From contig NC_135251.1 of the NCBI RefSeq assembly GCF_964204865.1, positions 20,770,001 through 20,834,000 on the forward strand: 64,000 nucleotides of DNA. Reading direction: 5' to 3'. The stretch comes from Styela clava. Lineage: Eukaryota. Both the position numbers and the translations under genes were made by a program. The notes beneath the pieces were generated by a model. That model was given only the letters and a program-made list of their open reading frames with translations. It did no database searches and had not been told where the DNA came from. This document shows positions 1 through 13,106 of this stretch, in pieces. Numbering within the stretch: position 1 is the stretch's first letter; each line of letters starts with the position of its first letter.

Positions 1-135
1 AAAATTTTTCTGCTTCACACTGTTTCCCTCTGTTTTGCGCTCTTTCGCGCTGTTTTCCCACTGTTTTGCGCTGTTTCCCTCTGTTTTGCGCTGTTTTGCG
101 GTGTTTCGCGCTGTATTCAGTAACTAGTAAGACCG
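1..135. repeat. Short tandem (CTGTTTTGCG / CTGTTTCCC) array ending in a probable transposon terminus
   Basis: About 10 units of ~10 bp, followed by gctgtattcagtaactagtaagaccg. The other end lies outside the window. Confidence 0.55.
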
Positions 136-1381
136 CTTTTAAATTGCTGACTTCAGGAGTCAGGACTTACACATGTTGACTACATACTGTACCGTTCTGG
201 TACCACTGTACCGGTATTTCCATTCTCGCATATAATGATCAACCAATTAGTATTGAAATTTTTTTTTTTCTGTTTTTGAATCAAATATATCTTTTAGTGT
301 TGGCATTGTTTGTGATAATAAAATCCCTCTCTCTCTCTCTTTGCAGTGAAGGAACGAAAAGGGAAATAATGAGACGCAATTACAGAACTACGCAGAACTA
401 TAAAAAAAAAAAAAAAAGAGACGCAATGAACCCGTCCTCCTAAGCAGCAAGGATCTGGCGTTGCGCAGATCAAGTAATATCTGAATATACCTGTATAGTG
501 TATACTGTATACCAAAGTGACTATCACTTTGCTGTATAGGCTACATAGCTTTTTTTTTTTTTTTTTGTGCCAAATAAATTCCAATGCCAAATGGAATTTT
601 CGTATTAATATTTTGGTATCAAATCATTTTATTATAAATATATAAATTGATAGTTTTTTGTTTCCATGTTTTTGTTTATCGTTTTTCAATTTAATCCCAT
701 TCCCCCCAATACATCTGTACATAGGCTAAATAGTAAAAATAAAAATAAAGACAAAATTCATACCATTACCATGATGTCATTAATTTAATATAATCCAATA
801 TCTGAATATATGTCCAAAAAAGTTGAGTTAATCCCCATGTAATCTACTCAGCAGTTAGTTGAATATAATTTTAATTTACAGGTAATCTGTTTTTTTTTTT
901 TTTGCTAGTTAGCATGAAAAATACAAGAATACAAAAATTAGACAGAGAATATGGAAAAATCCACGCTTTCATATTGGGTTTTTCCCATTCGCCATCTAGG
1001 CCTATGTTTCATAGTCGAAACCTCATCCTCTTTTGAGAATGATGTACAAATAACATACTTTCAATAATTTTCAGAGTATGGTGTTGCATATAAACTTACA
1101 TCATGATTGACCTATGTAAAAGATCATCCATGCACCATGTGCTCATATAACAATAATTTCCACCTATTTCATCATATTTTACTGAATTTCGATATTCCCA
1201 AATTGTTGATTTTCCGCATATTATTGTGATTAATTTTGATTTGCATTCCGAATCGTTTGCTATAATAGTATTTTGATTAATATCTATGCAACACTACACT
1301 ATGCAACACATACCGTATCTAGGCTACATAGCTATAAGCTAAGCGTGTATTATACGTCGACGTACATCAAAGTTTACTGAA

Positions 1382-1911
1382 TATGGACCTTTCCCCGACC
1401 TTTGACCCCCAAAAAATTCTTCCCATACTCTACCATTGCAAAATTTTCGGGGCTATTTTAAGAATGCTTTTGCGAGTTGGCGCCTGTAAAATAAGGTATG
1501 TTTTTCAAACCATCATTATGATTCATCGCATACAACAATCCGTTTTTTAAAAGTACCGGTGAAGAATTTTAGCCTAGTCTAGCACAGCTATTTCTACGCT
1601 GATTTTTTATTACTGCAATTAAATTAAAACTCCTAGGAAGACAGAGTGATCAGAGCCATTATGCTCTGGAGTGATCATTGAAATATCTGATCCATACTTA
1701 AGTTTCCGAAACACAACTGAAAACTAACGAATAGAGTTCAAAAACGCGAAAACGAGGTGATGTTTACGACCACGCTTGAAAATCTGTCTGAGTGAGAAAA
1801 GTGTCCGAGCGGGCGTGAAAAGGGAACATTGTTACGTCACTTTTTGCATCTTGCTGATTGGCCAATGTCATGAAGTAAACAAGGAAGTCGATGCTTGAGG
1901 AAAGGTCCATA
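1382..1911. mobile_element. MITE with TIR TATGGACCTTTCC
   Basis: tatggacctttcc at 1382 and ggaaaggtccata ending 1911. Confidence 0.65.
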
Positions 1912-2032
1912 GTTCGTGCACAGTGGTTCGTGAGTCACTTCACAGTGGTTTCGCAGTTCGCTCACGGCCGGTTCGCCACGCATGACTGATGCGTTTCTAC
2001 GTCGTCAGTTTGCGATACTTTGAAGCCTACCA

Positions 2033-2850
2033 ATGAGCATATATACAATGAGTGGAAACTTGCAAAGATTTGCTCATTTTGGTATTGTTCCCTGCATTTT
2101 TACGTCGTCCAGCTAAATGGTTCGTTGCATATTAAGAAAACGCATTGCTCGCTGCCAAAATCCCTTGCTTCAGCCGAGTCGGGTGCGAAATTGGCCGTAT
2201 TGAGGTCTGTAATTCTTCAATACATATTTGGTTTTGGGTTTCGAAGTATGGTACGCTGAAAGCATACAACTATGAGCATATGCTTATTGAGAATGCATAT
2301 CTATTATTAGGCAGAAAACGTATCTACAGAACAGAATATGAACCAGTCGCCTAGAGGGGTGCGGTTATTTATGTATTTATTCATTGATATAACATGGGAT
2401 TTACATATTTATCCATGGGAGAGGAAAGCCGAGAAGAATGCCTAAATATATGGCGAACCACGGCCTCTCACAATCATAGCTCTGTCCTCCATATGAATCA
2501 CATGGCTCTGCGAGCTATTCGTTTACCTATTAAAAATACTGATTTTAACTATAAATTACTCTGGGATATCTTGCCTTTGAAAACAAAAGCCAGAAATTGG
2601 AAGAAAATCAGGGAATGAAACGTGTGTATTATGTAATGGAGAACCTGAGTTTGTTTCACATATTTTCATGTATTGTAAATTACAAAAAATATTTATGAAG
2701 AATTTGTTTTAGATATATTAAAATTGATTAGAATACATTTTGTTATCAATATGATTCTTGCATATCATTTAATTTTAACGATCCTTTATATAGTCATAAA
2801 GATACTGTTGATTTGGATGCAATTATACTTTTGTTATCAATAGTGAGAAA
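2033..2850 (+). repeat. Composite block (unknown repeat, SINE tail, LINE fragment) duplicated in inverted orientation at 5436-7712
   Basis: 2033-2306 matches the reverse of 7432-7712; 2325-2382 matches the reverse of 6232-6288; 2395-2850 matches the reverse of 5436-5886, including the SINE/LINE junction. Confidence 0.85.
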
Positions 2851-3262
2851 TATTTCAGGACTGCTATTAACTATGTGAGCTATTTTTTCTGCAATTCAAA
2901 ATACATCTTGCGTCTGCTATTTACTATGTGAATTAATTTTTCTGCAATGTAAAGTATTTCCATAACTGCTTTTACTATGTGGGCTGTTTTTTCGGTACTC
3001 TTGTAGTATGTGTACCAGGTTAGGTTACGATTCTCCTTATTTTTGTTCTATTAAAAGTTCGGGAATTGTCTGTGTTACACAAGTGAATATCCCCTACCGA
3101 TAGAATTTAGTCCATTTACACAACTTGATATAAAATAGGCGAACAAAATTAGTTACCTTCATATTGGTACACATACTTCTGGAGCACCATTTTTTTGTAA
3201 TGTAAAATATTTAATATGTGAACTAATTTTTTTGGAATGCAAAATATTTTCTACAGCTTCTG
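2848..3262 (+). repeat. Degenerate ~51-bp tandem repeat interrupted by a MITE
   Basis: Recurrent aaatattt...ctgctatt(a/t)actatgtga...ttttttctgcaat units. Confidence 0.6.
2994..3188. mobile_element. MITE family with TIR GGTACTCC.GTAGTATGTGTACCA and internal GTTAGG motifs (also 30179-30311, 46246-46466, 56222-56423)
   Basis: Four copies share the TIRs and the internal aataggcgaacaaaattagttacctccatattgg. The 30179 copy has the 8-bp duplication CAATTTAG on both sides. Confidence 0.8.
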
Positions 3263-4293
3263 TATTTTTCATATGTCACTTTTCATTTCATCGAAAATAC
3301 ACATGGTCTGGCACATTGTTCATTCTTTTTGGAGATTTTGGTAAATTTACAGATGGAATAAGACCGACATTCAGCTTTTTTCTGTTTTACAACTGTAATA
3401 CAAATTGAAGTATGTAAACCCAGTTGGTAGACACCGGAACCATGTGTACCAGGTTAGGGTCTACTACATACAAGCATTCCCAAACTTTTCAAGCCGCACC
3501 CCCTTTTTAGAATTTGTGAAGTCTTGCGCCCCACCTCAAAATAGTTAGCTAACAATAATAAGCTACAAATAACAGTAAGGCATAAGTACGTTTTATTGGG
3601 AAAACAGTTGAAAATACATGGATGGAACGAAATAAATGACAAGTTTTGATATGCAAATATTTACAAGTTTTGATATGTATAAAATTAGCCAAGTCCAGAA
3701 GTCAGTATTTTAAACTAATAGAGAGAGAGAGTTTATTTCGTTCGTCAAACCATGAACATATATAAATTATAATAAAAAAAAGAGATGCTCAGGTGTTTGA
3801 CTGGGAGACAACGTTACAACATTTGGGGTCATTTAACAGGTTCGGTGTTAAATTCTTCAATAGCTCTCATATACCGTATTCACTATATACATTATTCACA
3901 AGAATTTTTGATTTGGAAAGTACTAAATAATCATGTTTTGTCCTAAGATCATCATTTATTCAGCTGATAAGTTGACATGTATTGCATATCAACTGCATAA
4001 AAATGGGTTAGCAAGGATACCTATTATTTGGAAAATTTATCTACTAAAAATTAATGTGATAGGACATGGGTTTTTTATGAGCAAAGATGAGGAAAATTCT
4101 ATTATTATAGCACTTTAATTATGAACATTTGATAATAGTAATGAAATCATGAGTATATTTCTTTATACACTATAATTTGAACACATCAAATTATAATACT
4201 TGATTATGACTGGCAAGTGATTTGGAGGATAGTGACACACATTAATACATGATCAGGATTTGACCCTTCTCCAGCAGATATATATATATATAT

Positions 4294-4712
4294 GAAATAA
4301 AGTGCTCATGTACATATCTATATTCGGCTACAGAGCACGTATCATAGAATGAATTTTAAGGCGAAATATTGATAATATACCGAAATAGCAATGATAAACA
4401 ATAGGTTATTTTTAAATAAGTATTACCGGTACTAAAAAATAAATAAAGTGCTCATATACATATAGATATTTGGATACAGAGCAAGTATCATAGAATAAAA
4501 TTCAAGGCAAAAAATTGATTAAATACCAGAATAGCAAGTATAATAAACATTAAGATACTTTTAAACGAAGTATCACTAAAAAATAAATAATGTGGTCCTG
4601 TACATAGATATTTGGATACAGAGAAAGTGTCATAGAATTTAGGGCGAAATATGGATGCAAGTATGATAAACAATTTGATATTTTTATAAAAAGTGTTACT
4701 AACAAATAAAAT
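4294..4712 (+). repeat. ~145-bp tandem repeat, three copies
   Basis: aaataaagtgctcat.tacata...gatatttggatacagag...tcatagaat recurs at ~4294, ~4441 and ~4584. Confidence 0.8.
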
Positions 4713-5887
4713 AATAGATTATGGAGTTCCAGCAAGTGTGCTCATAACAAATAAAAAGATAGCAATTCATTTACCACAGTGAATTAAATTCATTACACAT
4801 TACTACTTGCTATAACACGGCGGGCACATGATACTCATCGTGTTTTAAACTTTTTTAAAGGTTTTGCTCGCTCTCCAGAACTCTCCATTTTTTATTTGTT
4901 TGTATTGTCAGATTGTGGACTTTTCAAAATAAACTATCTATATCAATGAATACAATATCCCAGGTCACCACTTGGCTGGTTCATATTCTGTTCTGTAGTT
5001 AAGTTTTCTGCCTAATAAATGGTATGTATTCCCAATAAGCATTACAGTATGCTCATTCGTTCACTCAATGAGTGATTTTAATTACGGTTAATATAAATAA
5101 GTTCATATTCCATGTTGCATCCATGATTCAGTATTTATTTTGTTCAATTCCAGTAGTAATCCATACCATAATTAGGTTATTTTAATAAATGCATTGATAT
5201 AAAACAATAAAAATGAAATTAGTAAATATAAAATACATATCATAAACATATAATTTTCTTTTTGAAATAACGCTTTACATAAATTTTTCAATTCCCTCTC
5301 AAATGGGTTGTTTATTCTATAATTCTCTATATTTTTCTACATATTATGGCCATTTTTATCTGCTTTTTGAGAAAGGCAAAATGGGGTGTTTTATTTTCGA
5401 ATATAATAGAATTTCTCATGGTCAAAATTTTATATCTCACTATTGATTACAAAAGTATAATTGCATCCAAATCAACAGTATCTATATGACTATATAAAGG
5501 ATCGTTGAAATTAAATAATATGCAAGAATCATATTGATAACAAAATGTATTCTAATCAATTTTAATATATCTAAAACAAAATTCTCATAAAAATTTTTTC
5601 TAAATTTACAATACATGAAAATATGTGAAACAAACTCAGGTTCTTCATTACATAATACACACATTTCATTCTCTGCTATTCTTCCAATTTCTGGCTTTTG
5701 TTTTCAATGGCAAGATATCCCAGAGAAATAGTAAAAATCAGTATTTTTAATAGGTAAACGAATAGCTCGCAGAGCCATGTGATTCATATGGAGGACAGAG
5801 CTATGATTGAGAGAGGCCGTGGTTTGCCATATACTTAGGCATTCCTCTCGGCTTTCCTCTACCCTTGGATAAATATGTAAATCCCAT

Positions 5888-6231
5888 GCGCGGCGGTGTG
5901 GCTCAACGGGCTAAGCGTTAGGAATACGCTCGCCACCGCACCTCTAATTACTCTGCATGGGTCCGCAGGTTCGAATCCCATGCAGGGATGGTTATGTGCA
6001 AGAGGATTGCTGGACTCCTCGCCGCCGTTGGGTGATTCACGTAACCGCTGGTCGGTTACGGCTTCCTCCACTAACAAGTCCATGCTTCCGAAAACAAACA
6101 ATATAACTAATCCCATGCCCGACTTGGAATGGTAACCGGACGAGAGGCCGTGGTTCGCCATATGGATAAGTCGTCTTATCGACTTTCCTTTCCCCCGGGA
6201 TAAATATGTAAATCCTTATCCTTATTATCCT
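5888..6231 (+). mobile_element. tRNA-derived SINE, full length
   Basis: Pol III A box TGGCTCAACGG (5899-5909), B box GGTTCGAATCC (5968-5978), and an (ATCCT)n tail. About ten related copies or fragments occur in the window. Confidence 0.9.
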
Positions 6232-6289
6232 AATAAATACATAAATAACCGCACCCCACTGGGCGACTGGTTCATATTCTGTACTGTAG

Positions 6290-7430
6290 GATAAATAATC
6301 CAATATTCATTTTTCATATGTCCATTCCATCAGTGTTTGAGGTGTTGATCGCATCGGCATACAATTCATCAATTTTTAGTATATTGAGTTAGATTATGTA
6401 CAATAAACGTAAAAAATTAAATATATTAGACATGTTCATTTTAATACATACTAAATTTATACACACTAGATTTATAGTTCAAATACAATTCCTTAGTATT
6501 TCAAATTCTCTGACAAAATTTGGTGATTTTCTATTTTTTTCAATGTTGAGTCTGTAGGTGATTGCAGTTTTTATTTGTTCGATAACTAGGTGCTGATTAT
6601 GGGTATTACTTTCGAATATAACAGAATTTCTTTGTATCCATATTTTATATCTAGTGATTGAAATTAAATAAACATCTTGTAATGTTGGAATGTAACAAAT
6701 AGCCCAAATCCAATAAAACACAAGTTTCATAATTTTTCAAAAGTCTGGCATTATTTAAATTCCTAACAGTATTTTCCATAAAATCAAAAACATAATCAAA
6801 ATATTCACAATTCATAAAAAGATGGCTAACAAATTCTGGTTCTTTTCCACATAACACACACATATCATTTCCTGCTATATTTCTTATTCCAGGTTTTGTT
6901 TTTACTGGTAAAATATCCCACATTAACTTGAAATTAAAGGTTTTCATATAGTTTGCCAGAATATTATTATGAATATTCTCACATGCAATATTTAAATTAC
7001 AATTGCGTAGAAAAATTAATCTGTCCCCAGTCATAGAAATAACAATTTTTTTATAAATAGTTTTATGCATATCTTCTTTTATATCTGTACTACTTATGTT
7101 ATGCTTTCTTAAAAATTCTAATATTAATCTATACTCACTTTGAGGACAAAATCTATGTAAACATGTATTTTTAGTTCTAATCCCCCAAAATGTACTAAGT
7201 TGTTGTCCAATATTGTATTCAACAAAGGACATACAAATATGATTGTAATCCTCATTATAATCACATTCTCTAGCTTTATAATAATCCAAGACACTAATTA
7301 TGTACATGCACATTGTAAAAATGGGTATGTTAATAATATCATAACCCCCCAAATTTTTTGGTTTGCACAAATTCCCTATTTTCAGTAGGCCTATGCTTCT
7401 TCCATTGAATACAAATTTTTCCACGTTTAC
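6290..7430 (-). mobile_element. L1/Tx1-type LINE, 3' part of ORF2 plus 3' UTR
   Basis: ORF 6651-7424 has LCKPKNLGG, WDILP and the zinc knuckle CVLCGKEPEFVSHLFMNC; a frameshift leads into the RYKIW...RN C-terminus. Confidence 0.85.
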
Positions 7431-8173
7431 TATCTAATAGATATGCATTCCCAATAAGCATATGCTCATAGTTGTATGCTTTCAGCGTACCATACTTCGA
7501 AACCCAAAACCAAATATGTATTGAAGAATTAAAGACCTCAATACGGTCAATTTCGCACCCGACTCGGCTGAAGCAAGGGATTTTGGCAGCGAGCAATGCG
7601 TTTTCTTCATATGCAACGAACCATTTAGCCGGACGACGTAAAAAATGCAGGGAACAATACCAAAATGAGCAAATCTTTGCAAGTTTCCACTCATTGTATA
7701 TATGCTCATTGAGCCTACGGAAGAAGATTTCCGTTAAATTGATTTGCGTATTTGGAATGGTTTTGTTGGTTAAACACCTGGAAAAATATACAGAGGCATT
7801 AGGATAAAGTAGGGGGTCGTGGCATCTGTCAACCATCTCTGCGTCGGTACCATAAGTTATCAAAGTGGAGTAGGGGCAGAGTATTTCTGCTGTTCTGTGA
7901 TTGCATCGTTGGATGATAATATTAATTAAATGTTTATACCAGAAATATAGCACAAAAGCATAAATTCAGATACTCCCAAGTAGGGATGGGCGATATAGAA
8001 TACCGAATCTGGAGGATTTGAATCCCCGAGAACTCGGTTTTCGCCTCTTCGGCGCCGTGCGTCAATTTTTGTATTTCGGATAATTTATTACACAGGGGCG
8101 AGCGTTATTCTCTCGCAACGAAATCTGTCTCACGTGATTATACCTGTGTTTTCTTGCAAAGAGCCCACAAACG

Positions 8174-8329
8174 CGTTTGCGGCAGATATCAAACACAGTA
8201 ATCCCAGCTTGAATATTCAGAACGCGAAGATGGCGTTATTGCACCATTTTAGCGTTTGCGGCAGATATCAAAAACGTAATCCCAGCTTGAATATTCAGAA
8301 CCCAAAGGCGGCGTTATTGTACCATTTTA
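8174..8329 (+). repeat. ~79-bp direct duplication, probably inside a hAT-like element starting near 7981 (TAGGGATGGGCGA)
   Basis: cgtttgcggcagatatcaaa...gtaatcccagcttgaatattcagaac...ggcgttattg.accatttta occurs twice. Confidence 0.7.
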
Positions 8330-9028
8330 TTTCTTATCATTGGTGCCGACTTTATTTTTTTTTTTTATACCAAATGACTTTTCGAGTTCTCCCGGAAAAT
8401 GATGAGTACCCGACTTACGAAATACGAAGATATAACGCAAAACAATGCGCTTTGTCACATTTATTTTGCCCTCCCAATAAAATACATATATCTGAGTCGC
8501 TGATGAATCCGTTCCTATCGTCCAAGCGCGACACACGCTTGGTCGAGTGTCGGGCGGTATTTTAGTCGACGATAAATTAAAAGAGTTGCGATGATAACTG
8601 AAAATTAAAATTTGGTAACAGAAATGAATTTGTCTCAAGATGTTATTTTATGAGTTTTGCTCCGAGAAGAAATCGTTTTCTGTTAAAGGCACAAGACATT
8701 CAAACAATATATTAGACACTTTCGTATGTTACGCGATATCTCACGTAAGCGCGGTTGAATCTGCTCCAAATTTTGCATGTGCATTCATCATATCTCGGAC
8801 CAGAAGCCTATCGATTTTGAATAAATTATGTCGTATAATTAACGAGGTATTAATTAAAAAATGATGGGACAAACGGTGTCGCTACGGAGTCATAGCGGAT
8901 GAATCGAAGCCGCAGTTTCTGTTTTGGGAGATCCCCTAAGTTTCGATCGATAAGTTTTCGGTCTCTGACCGATATTCTCGTTTATGGTCTTTTGAAATAC
9001 CGGTCATAAGTTATTTTCAGTTACATTG

Positions 9029-9122
9029 CAGTATTTGGTGCACCAAGATGGCGCACAACCAGAACATAGTAGTTGTGCCAGGTTGGGTTCAGGTTGTGCG
9101 CCATCTTGGTGCACATACTTCG
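9029..9122. mobile_element. Short palindromic MITE (second copy at 57379-57488)
   Basis: gtgcaccaagatggcgcacaacc ... ggttgtgcgccatcttggtgcac; the ends are related to the GGTACTCC family. Confidence 0.75.
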
Positions 9123-9915
9123 GCAACAGGGATGATAACTTTTTCGTGGCTTTGGAGCCAGGCCACACAAAAGGGGCCAGGCCACGGACAAAATTGGGGC
9201 AGGCCACGGACAAAATGGGAACTTTATTGGAACAGAAAAAATTAAAATTCTATATCGAATTTATTACGAATGTGCCCACAACGGCTTCTTATTGGCAGCG
9301 GTGGAATTTTTTGTATGCGTGTGTGCGCTTATCTGCATATTCAGTACGTATTCGTTATTGTGTATGACCTTATTACCGATAAGTCGATCGCGATCTATTT
9401 TGAAGATTTTAGTCGAAAGCAGGTTGGCTACTCCTGATTTATATAAACTGTGAGATCTTGTGTGTTAGAATCAACTTCGTCGATCATTATATTCAATTCT
9501 TATGGGTGTCGTCTGCTCGTCTTACAATACAACCATTGAAAGATTGGTAATTTTGTTATTTATTCGTTGACTACTGGGTTGGGCTCTGGCCTAACCGACA
9601 AAGAGAGGACTCGTGTTGTTGGGTTAAACTCTAATTAACCGAAAGTTCGTGTTTTCAACTAAGCTCCGTTAGGATTGGTACAGACATCCCCCAGAAGCAT
9701 CCATTTCAACTAGGATGTCTGATTCGGGTCTTTTATTTTGAATCCTGGTCTTCCAATTTTCGCAATTTCAAACCTTGGTTTATTTTTTCCAAAATGATGA
9801 GTTTACTTTCTTATTATACATTGAAAAAAATAACGAAATCATTATTACCTATAATGATTGCGGACCGAATTTTTTTCAAAAGTAAAAAGAGGAGGATAGA
9901 ATTAACATATTCATC

Positions 9916-10566
9916 CAGCGCAACGGTGCACAACCTGCGGTCGTACGGCCGCATGCGGCCGTCGCGAAAAAAAAATGAGGCCGTCCACATACAAAATCCT
10001 ATGAAAAAAAAAGGTTAAAAATATTCGATTTGGCGGCTATGCTGGCGTATATTGAAGCAAAACAGAAGCACTGCAAAAAAGTCAGACGACACGATGCGTC
10101 ACAATCTAGATGGTGTATTTGCTGCCAGTTACCTCACTTTGCAAGTTTATCTGCCCACATGCAAGACCAAAGGAGTCATTAAATTGCTACAATTCTTTGC
10201 AAACTTTTATAGAATAAATTCATAAGAATATTTGACATTTCATTATACTTTTGGGGACAATAAAATGGGGGCGACCGCCCTTCCCCGACTTTCGATTTTT
10301 TTCAAAATTGTGCAACCATTATGCAACTTGCTGAATATATCTGCTCTAGAATAGGTCCACCGAAAAAAAAAATCCTTTTAAAATGCGAATATTATACTTC
10401 CAAGTAGTCCTACATACTTCATAATTTGGCAGAGTGCACCTCGCACGGGTCAAATACGCGGTTATGACGTCATAAAGCCAAATCGCGCTATTAACCTCCT
10501 GACGGCCGTATTGTATAAAAATAAATGCAATATGGCCGCCAATAGCAAAAAGGTTTTGCACCCCTG
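9916..10566 (+). mobile_element. Internally deleted hAT (Charlie/Buster-type) element retaining the transposase C-terminus
   Basis: Ends gtgcacaacctgcggtcgtacggccgcatgcggcc and aaggttttgcacccctg. Internal PHFASLSAHMQDQRSH* (~10132-10182) has the typical Q-x-Q-x-SH* terminus. Confidence 0.7.
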
Positions 10567-10692
10567 ATCCAGCGGGAAGAAAGCCAATAGGACGGTTTAA
10601 TCATATGGCGAACCACGGCCTCTCGTCCGCGCGGGTACCAGTCCATGTCAGGTATGAAATTAGTTAGTCAGTTATTTTTTGTTTATGGATGC
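10567..10692 (-). mobile_element. SINE 3' fragment
   Basis: catatggcgaaccacggcctctcgtcc is the reverse complement of the SINE tail. Confidence 0.75.
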
Positions 10693-10959
10693 AGTTCGCT
10701 GTCTCCACAACTTACATTTATAATCCGTGCACAGATTTTGAACAATTGGTTGGGATTTAGAAGTCATCAAAAGAGAGAGAGAACACATAAATGAAAAGCA
10801 TACATACAAATAAATATTCATTGTTTTTTGGTAAAGACTGGGGGAAGCGATACGACGATACGGTCATCTAAGTTAGGTCCCCCCAAATTTACTGTTATCC
10901 ATAGGATTCACAGTTATTGGATGACTATATTGTAGTATTAAACAAATTATATTATGAAA

Positions 10960-12345
10960 AGATAAACAAACATATGTATGATGAACAAATAATTTTCAAT
11001 ATGAAGCATGTTTCTATATGAAGAGTTGGTATTATACTCAATGATTATCAACTTCAAAAATTAATGAGCATCTCTCTATTATGGATGATTCAAATAGTTA
11101 TTGCATAAGTAAAATCAGGCTACTGCAGATGGCTATAAAATTGGGAAAATATTCATTTTATGATGAGGGGAAAAAGAATCCTAATATTGCATTCACAAAA
11201 ATAGGATGCAACCTGATGTATGAAAATAAATTACAGCACTATATAAATAGGAGATTTGATTTCAACTCTTACTATTCATAATAAATATCACTTATCAGTG
11301 TGTGACAAATAGGAACCAGGATTCCACCATAACGTTACATCTTCGGACAGCACCTAATTTAAATTAACCTTTTATTCAGGTTTCAGCACCCGTTTCATAA
11401 TATCTTATTACTTCGTTTCAATATTAGAATCTTTATAACAGTTGAACTTAAATTAAAGTTATAATCGAAACAAACAGCGATACCAATTAATAATATCATA
11501 ATAATTCCAATTGAAGTTATCAAATATGAGGGTAACATTAGACAGTATATCGTAGTCACACATTACAAAAAGTAAACAAACAATCATATGTGTGACGAAC
11601 AAATAATTGAAAGGTTGGACTTCACTATGTTAAAGTAACATGTTAAAGATCTTAGGTTTTACCCATTTGTTCACCTCCTCACAGTGGCCGCAATTCTATT
11701 TACAGTAGCCTATATATATTATATATATTGAAATTGCATGGGGTTATGGAGAGTTATTCAAGTTATGTTATATAAATATGAATGGATTGCACCTAATTTA
11801 GTTAGTTATTAAACTCAATGATTATTAACTTTGATAATATTAACTCCAATGAGCATTTCTATATTATGAATGGTTCAAGGCGCGACGCGTTCAGGCGCGG
11901 CGGTGTGGCTCAACGGGCTAAGCTTTAGGAATACGCTCGCCACCGCACCTCTAATTACTCTGCGTGGGTTCGCAGGTTCGAATCCCATGCAGGCATGGTT
12001 ATGTGCGAGAGGATTGCTGGACTCCTCGCCGTCGTTGGGTGGTTCACGTAACCACTGGTCGGTTACGGCTTCCTCCACCACCAAGTACATGCTTCCGAAA
12101 ACAAACAATATAAATAATCCCATACCCGACTTGGAATGGTAACCGGACGAGAGTCCGTGGTTCGCCATATGGATAAGCCGTCTTATCGGCTTTCCTCTCC
12201 CCCGGGATAAATATGTAAATCCTATCCTATCCAAATAGACATTGCATAAGTAGTGGCCAACGACTAACATACCGTAGTGGCCAAATACTATTCATTTTAT
12301 GATCAAGGGAACAAGAACTAAAATATTGCTTTTACAAAGATAGGT
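10960..12345 (+). mobile_element. Highly decayed LINE ORF2 C-terminal fragments, present twice, one interrupted by a SINE
   Basis: catatgt(a/g)tga(t/c)gaacaaataatt occurs at ~10971 and ~11585, and attcattttatga...aatattgc..t.acaaa.atagg at ~11150 and ~12290. The translation LGKYSFY..NP resembles LINE C-termini. Confidence 0.45.
11894..12232 (+). mobile_element. tRNA-derived SINE, full length (same family)
   Basis: Colinear and highly similar to 5888-6231. Confidence 0.9.
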
Positions 12346-12346
12346 A

Positions 12347-12636
12347 CCGCGTTTCCCCGAAAATATGACCTACCCCGAAAATAAGACCTAGCCTGAATTT
12401 TGAAAATGTCTTATTTTAAAGGGAGTGGCTTATATTAAACTTATTATTAAAGAAATCTCTCCTACACGTTTTGAATGATTGATGAAATCTATGTTTTGCA
12501 GTAATTTTAAATAAAAACGTGTTATTTATAAGTAAATGGTTATCGGTTTTCATATTTTGTATATTTGAAAATTCTCGTATTTCTCTACTTTGTAATTTTG
12601 TAATTTTGATCCAGTCTCATTTTCGGGAAAACACGG
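12347..12636. mobile_element. pogo/Tigger-type MITE
   Basis: TA|ccgcgtttccccgaaaat ... attttcgggaaaacacgg|TA. Confidence 0.8.
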
Positions 12637-13106
12637 TATTACTTATAGGTAATTATAAATATATTATATATATACAAGGTAGTATGACTTTATAGTGTAA
12701 CCCGAGTTTGGCTAAAAAAATTCAGGTTTCCAAAAATACTCTGAAAACTATGAGTTCCAGGTTCGGGTAATCCCGGGGGTTTGGTTTTTGGTAAACTAGG
12801 GGTGACACCTCTCGTCGCCCCCCGACCTTCCCTGGATGCCTCATTAGATTTTTCTTCGCAATAGGGCGATTCCACAACCACGATTGAGTTTTCAGGCATT
12901 GAGTTTGAAGCGTCGCCTACTGACCTATATTGCGTCAAATTGAATTGTGTAATTTATACAAGGACAGGCCCAGCACCATATCATAGAGCATCTGAACGTG
13001 GTAAAGATGCATCTGCGGTACCGCAAGACGATAAGCAGGTACCTGGGTACAGAGGTATGTGACCAATGATGCCTGGATGTGGTGTAACATGATGCAGTGA
13101 TGTGAA

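Noticed and set aside
4294-4712. CRISPR-like array (also considered for 60254-60512)
   Set aside because: Whole units are repeated with no unique spacers, and the context is eukaryotic.
5888-5985. tRNA gene
   Set aside because: A and B boxes are present but there is no cloverleaf; it is the head of a multi-copy SINE.
5859-6303. ORFs over SINE copies (also 11870-12270, 33982-34244 and the tail of 34425-34886)
   Set aside because: Chance open frames within repeated SINE sequence.
7339-7953. 204-aa minus-strand ORF
   Set aside because: It spans a repeat/LINE junction, has no protein motifs, and the frame is not preserved in the 2033 copy.
12018-12075. HDV-like ribozyme in the SINE core (GAC-TCCTCGCC-GTC, then GTTGGGT-GG)
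   Set aside because: The P3 pairing holds in only one copy, and I could not find a matching P1 5' strand or the J4/2 C-R-A plus P2.
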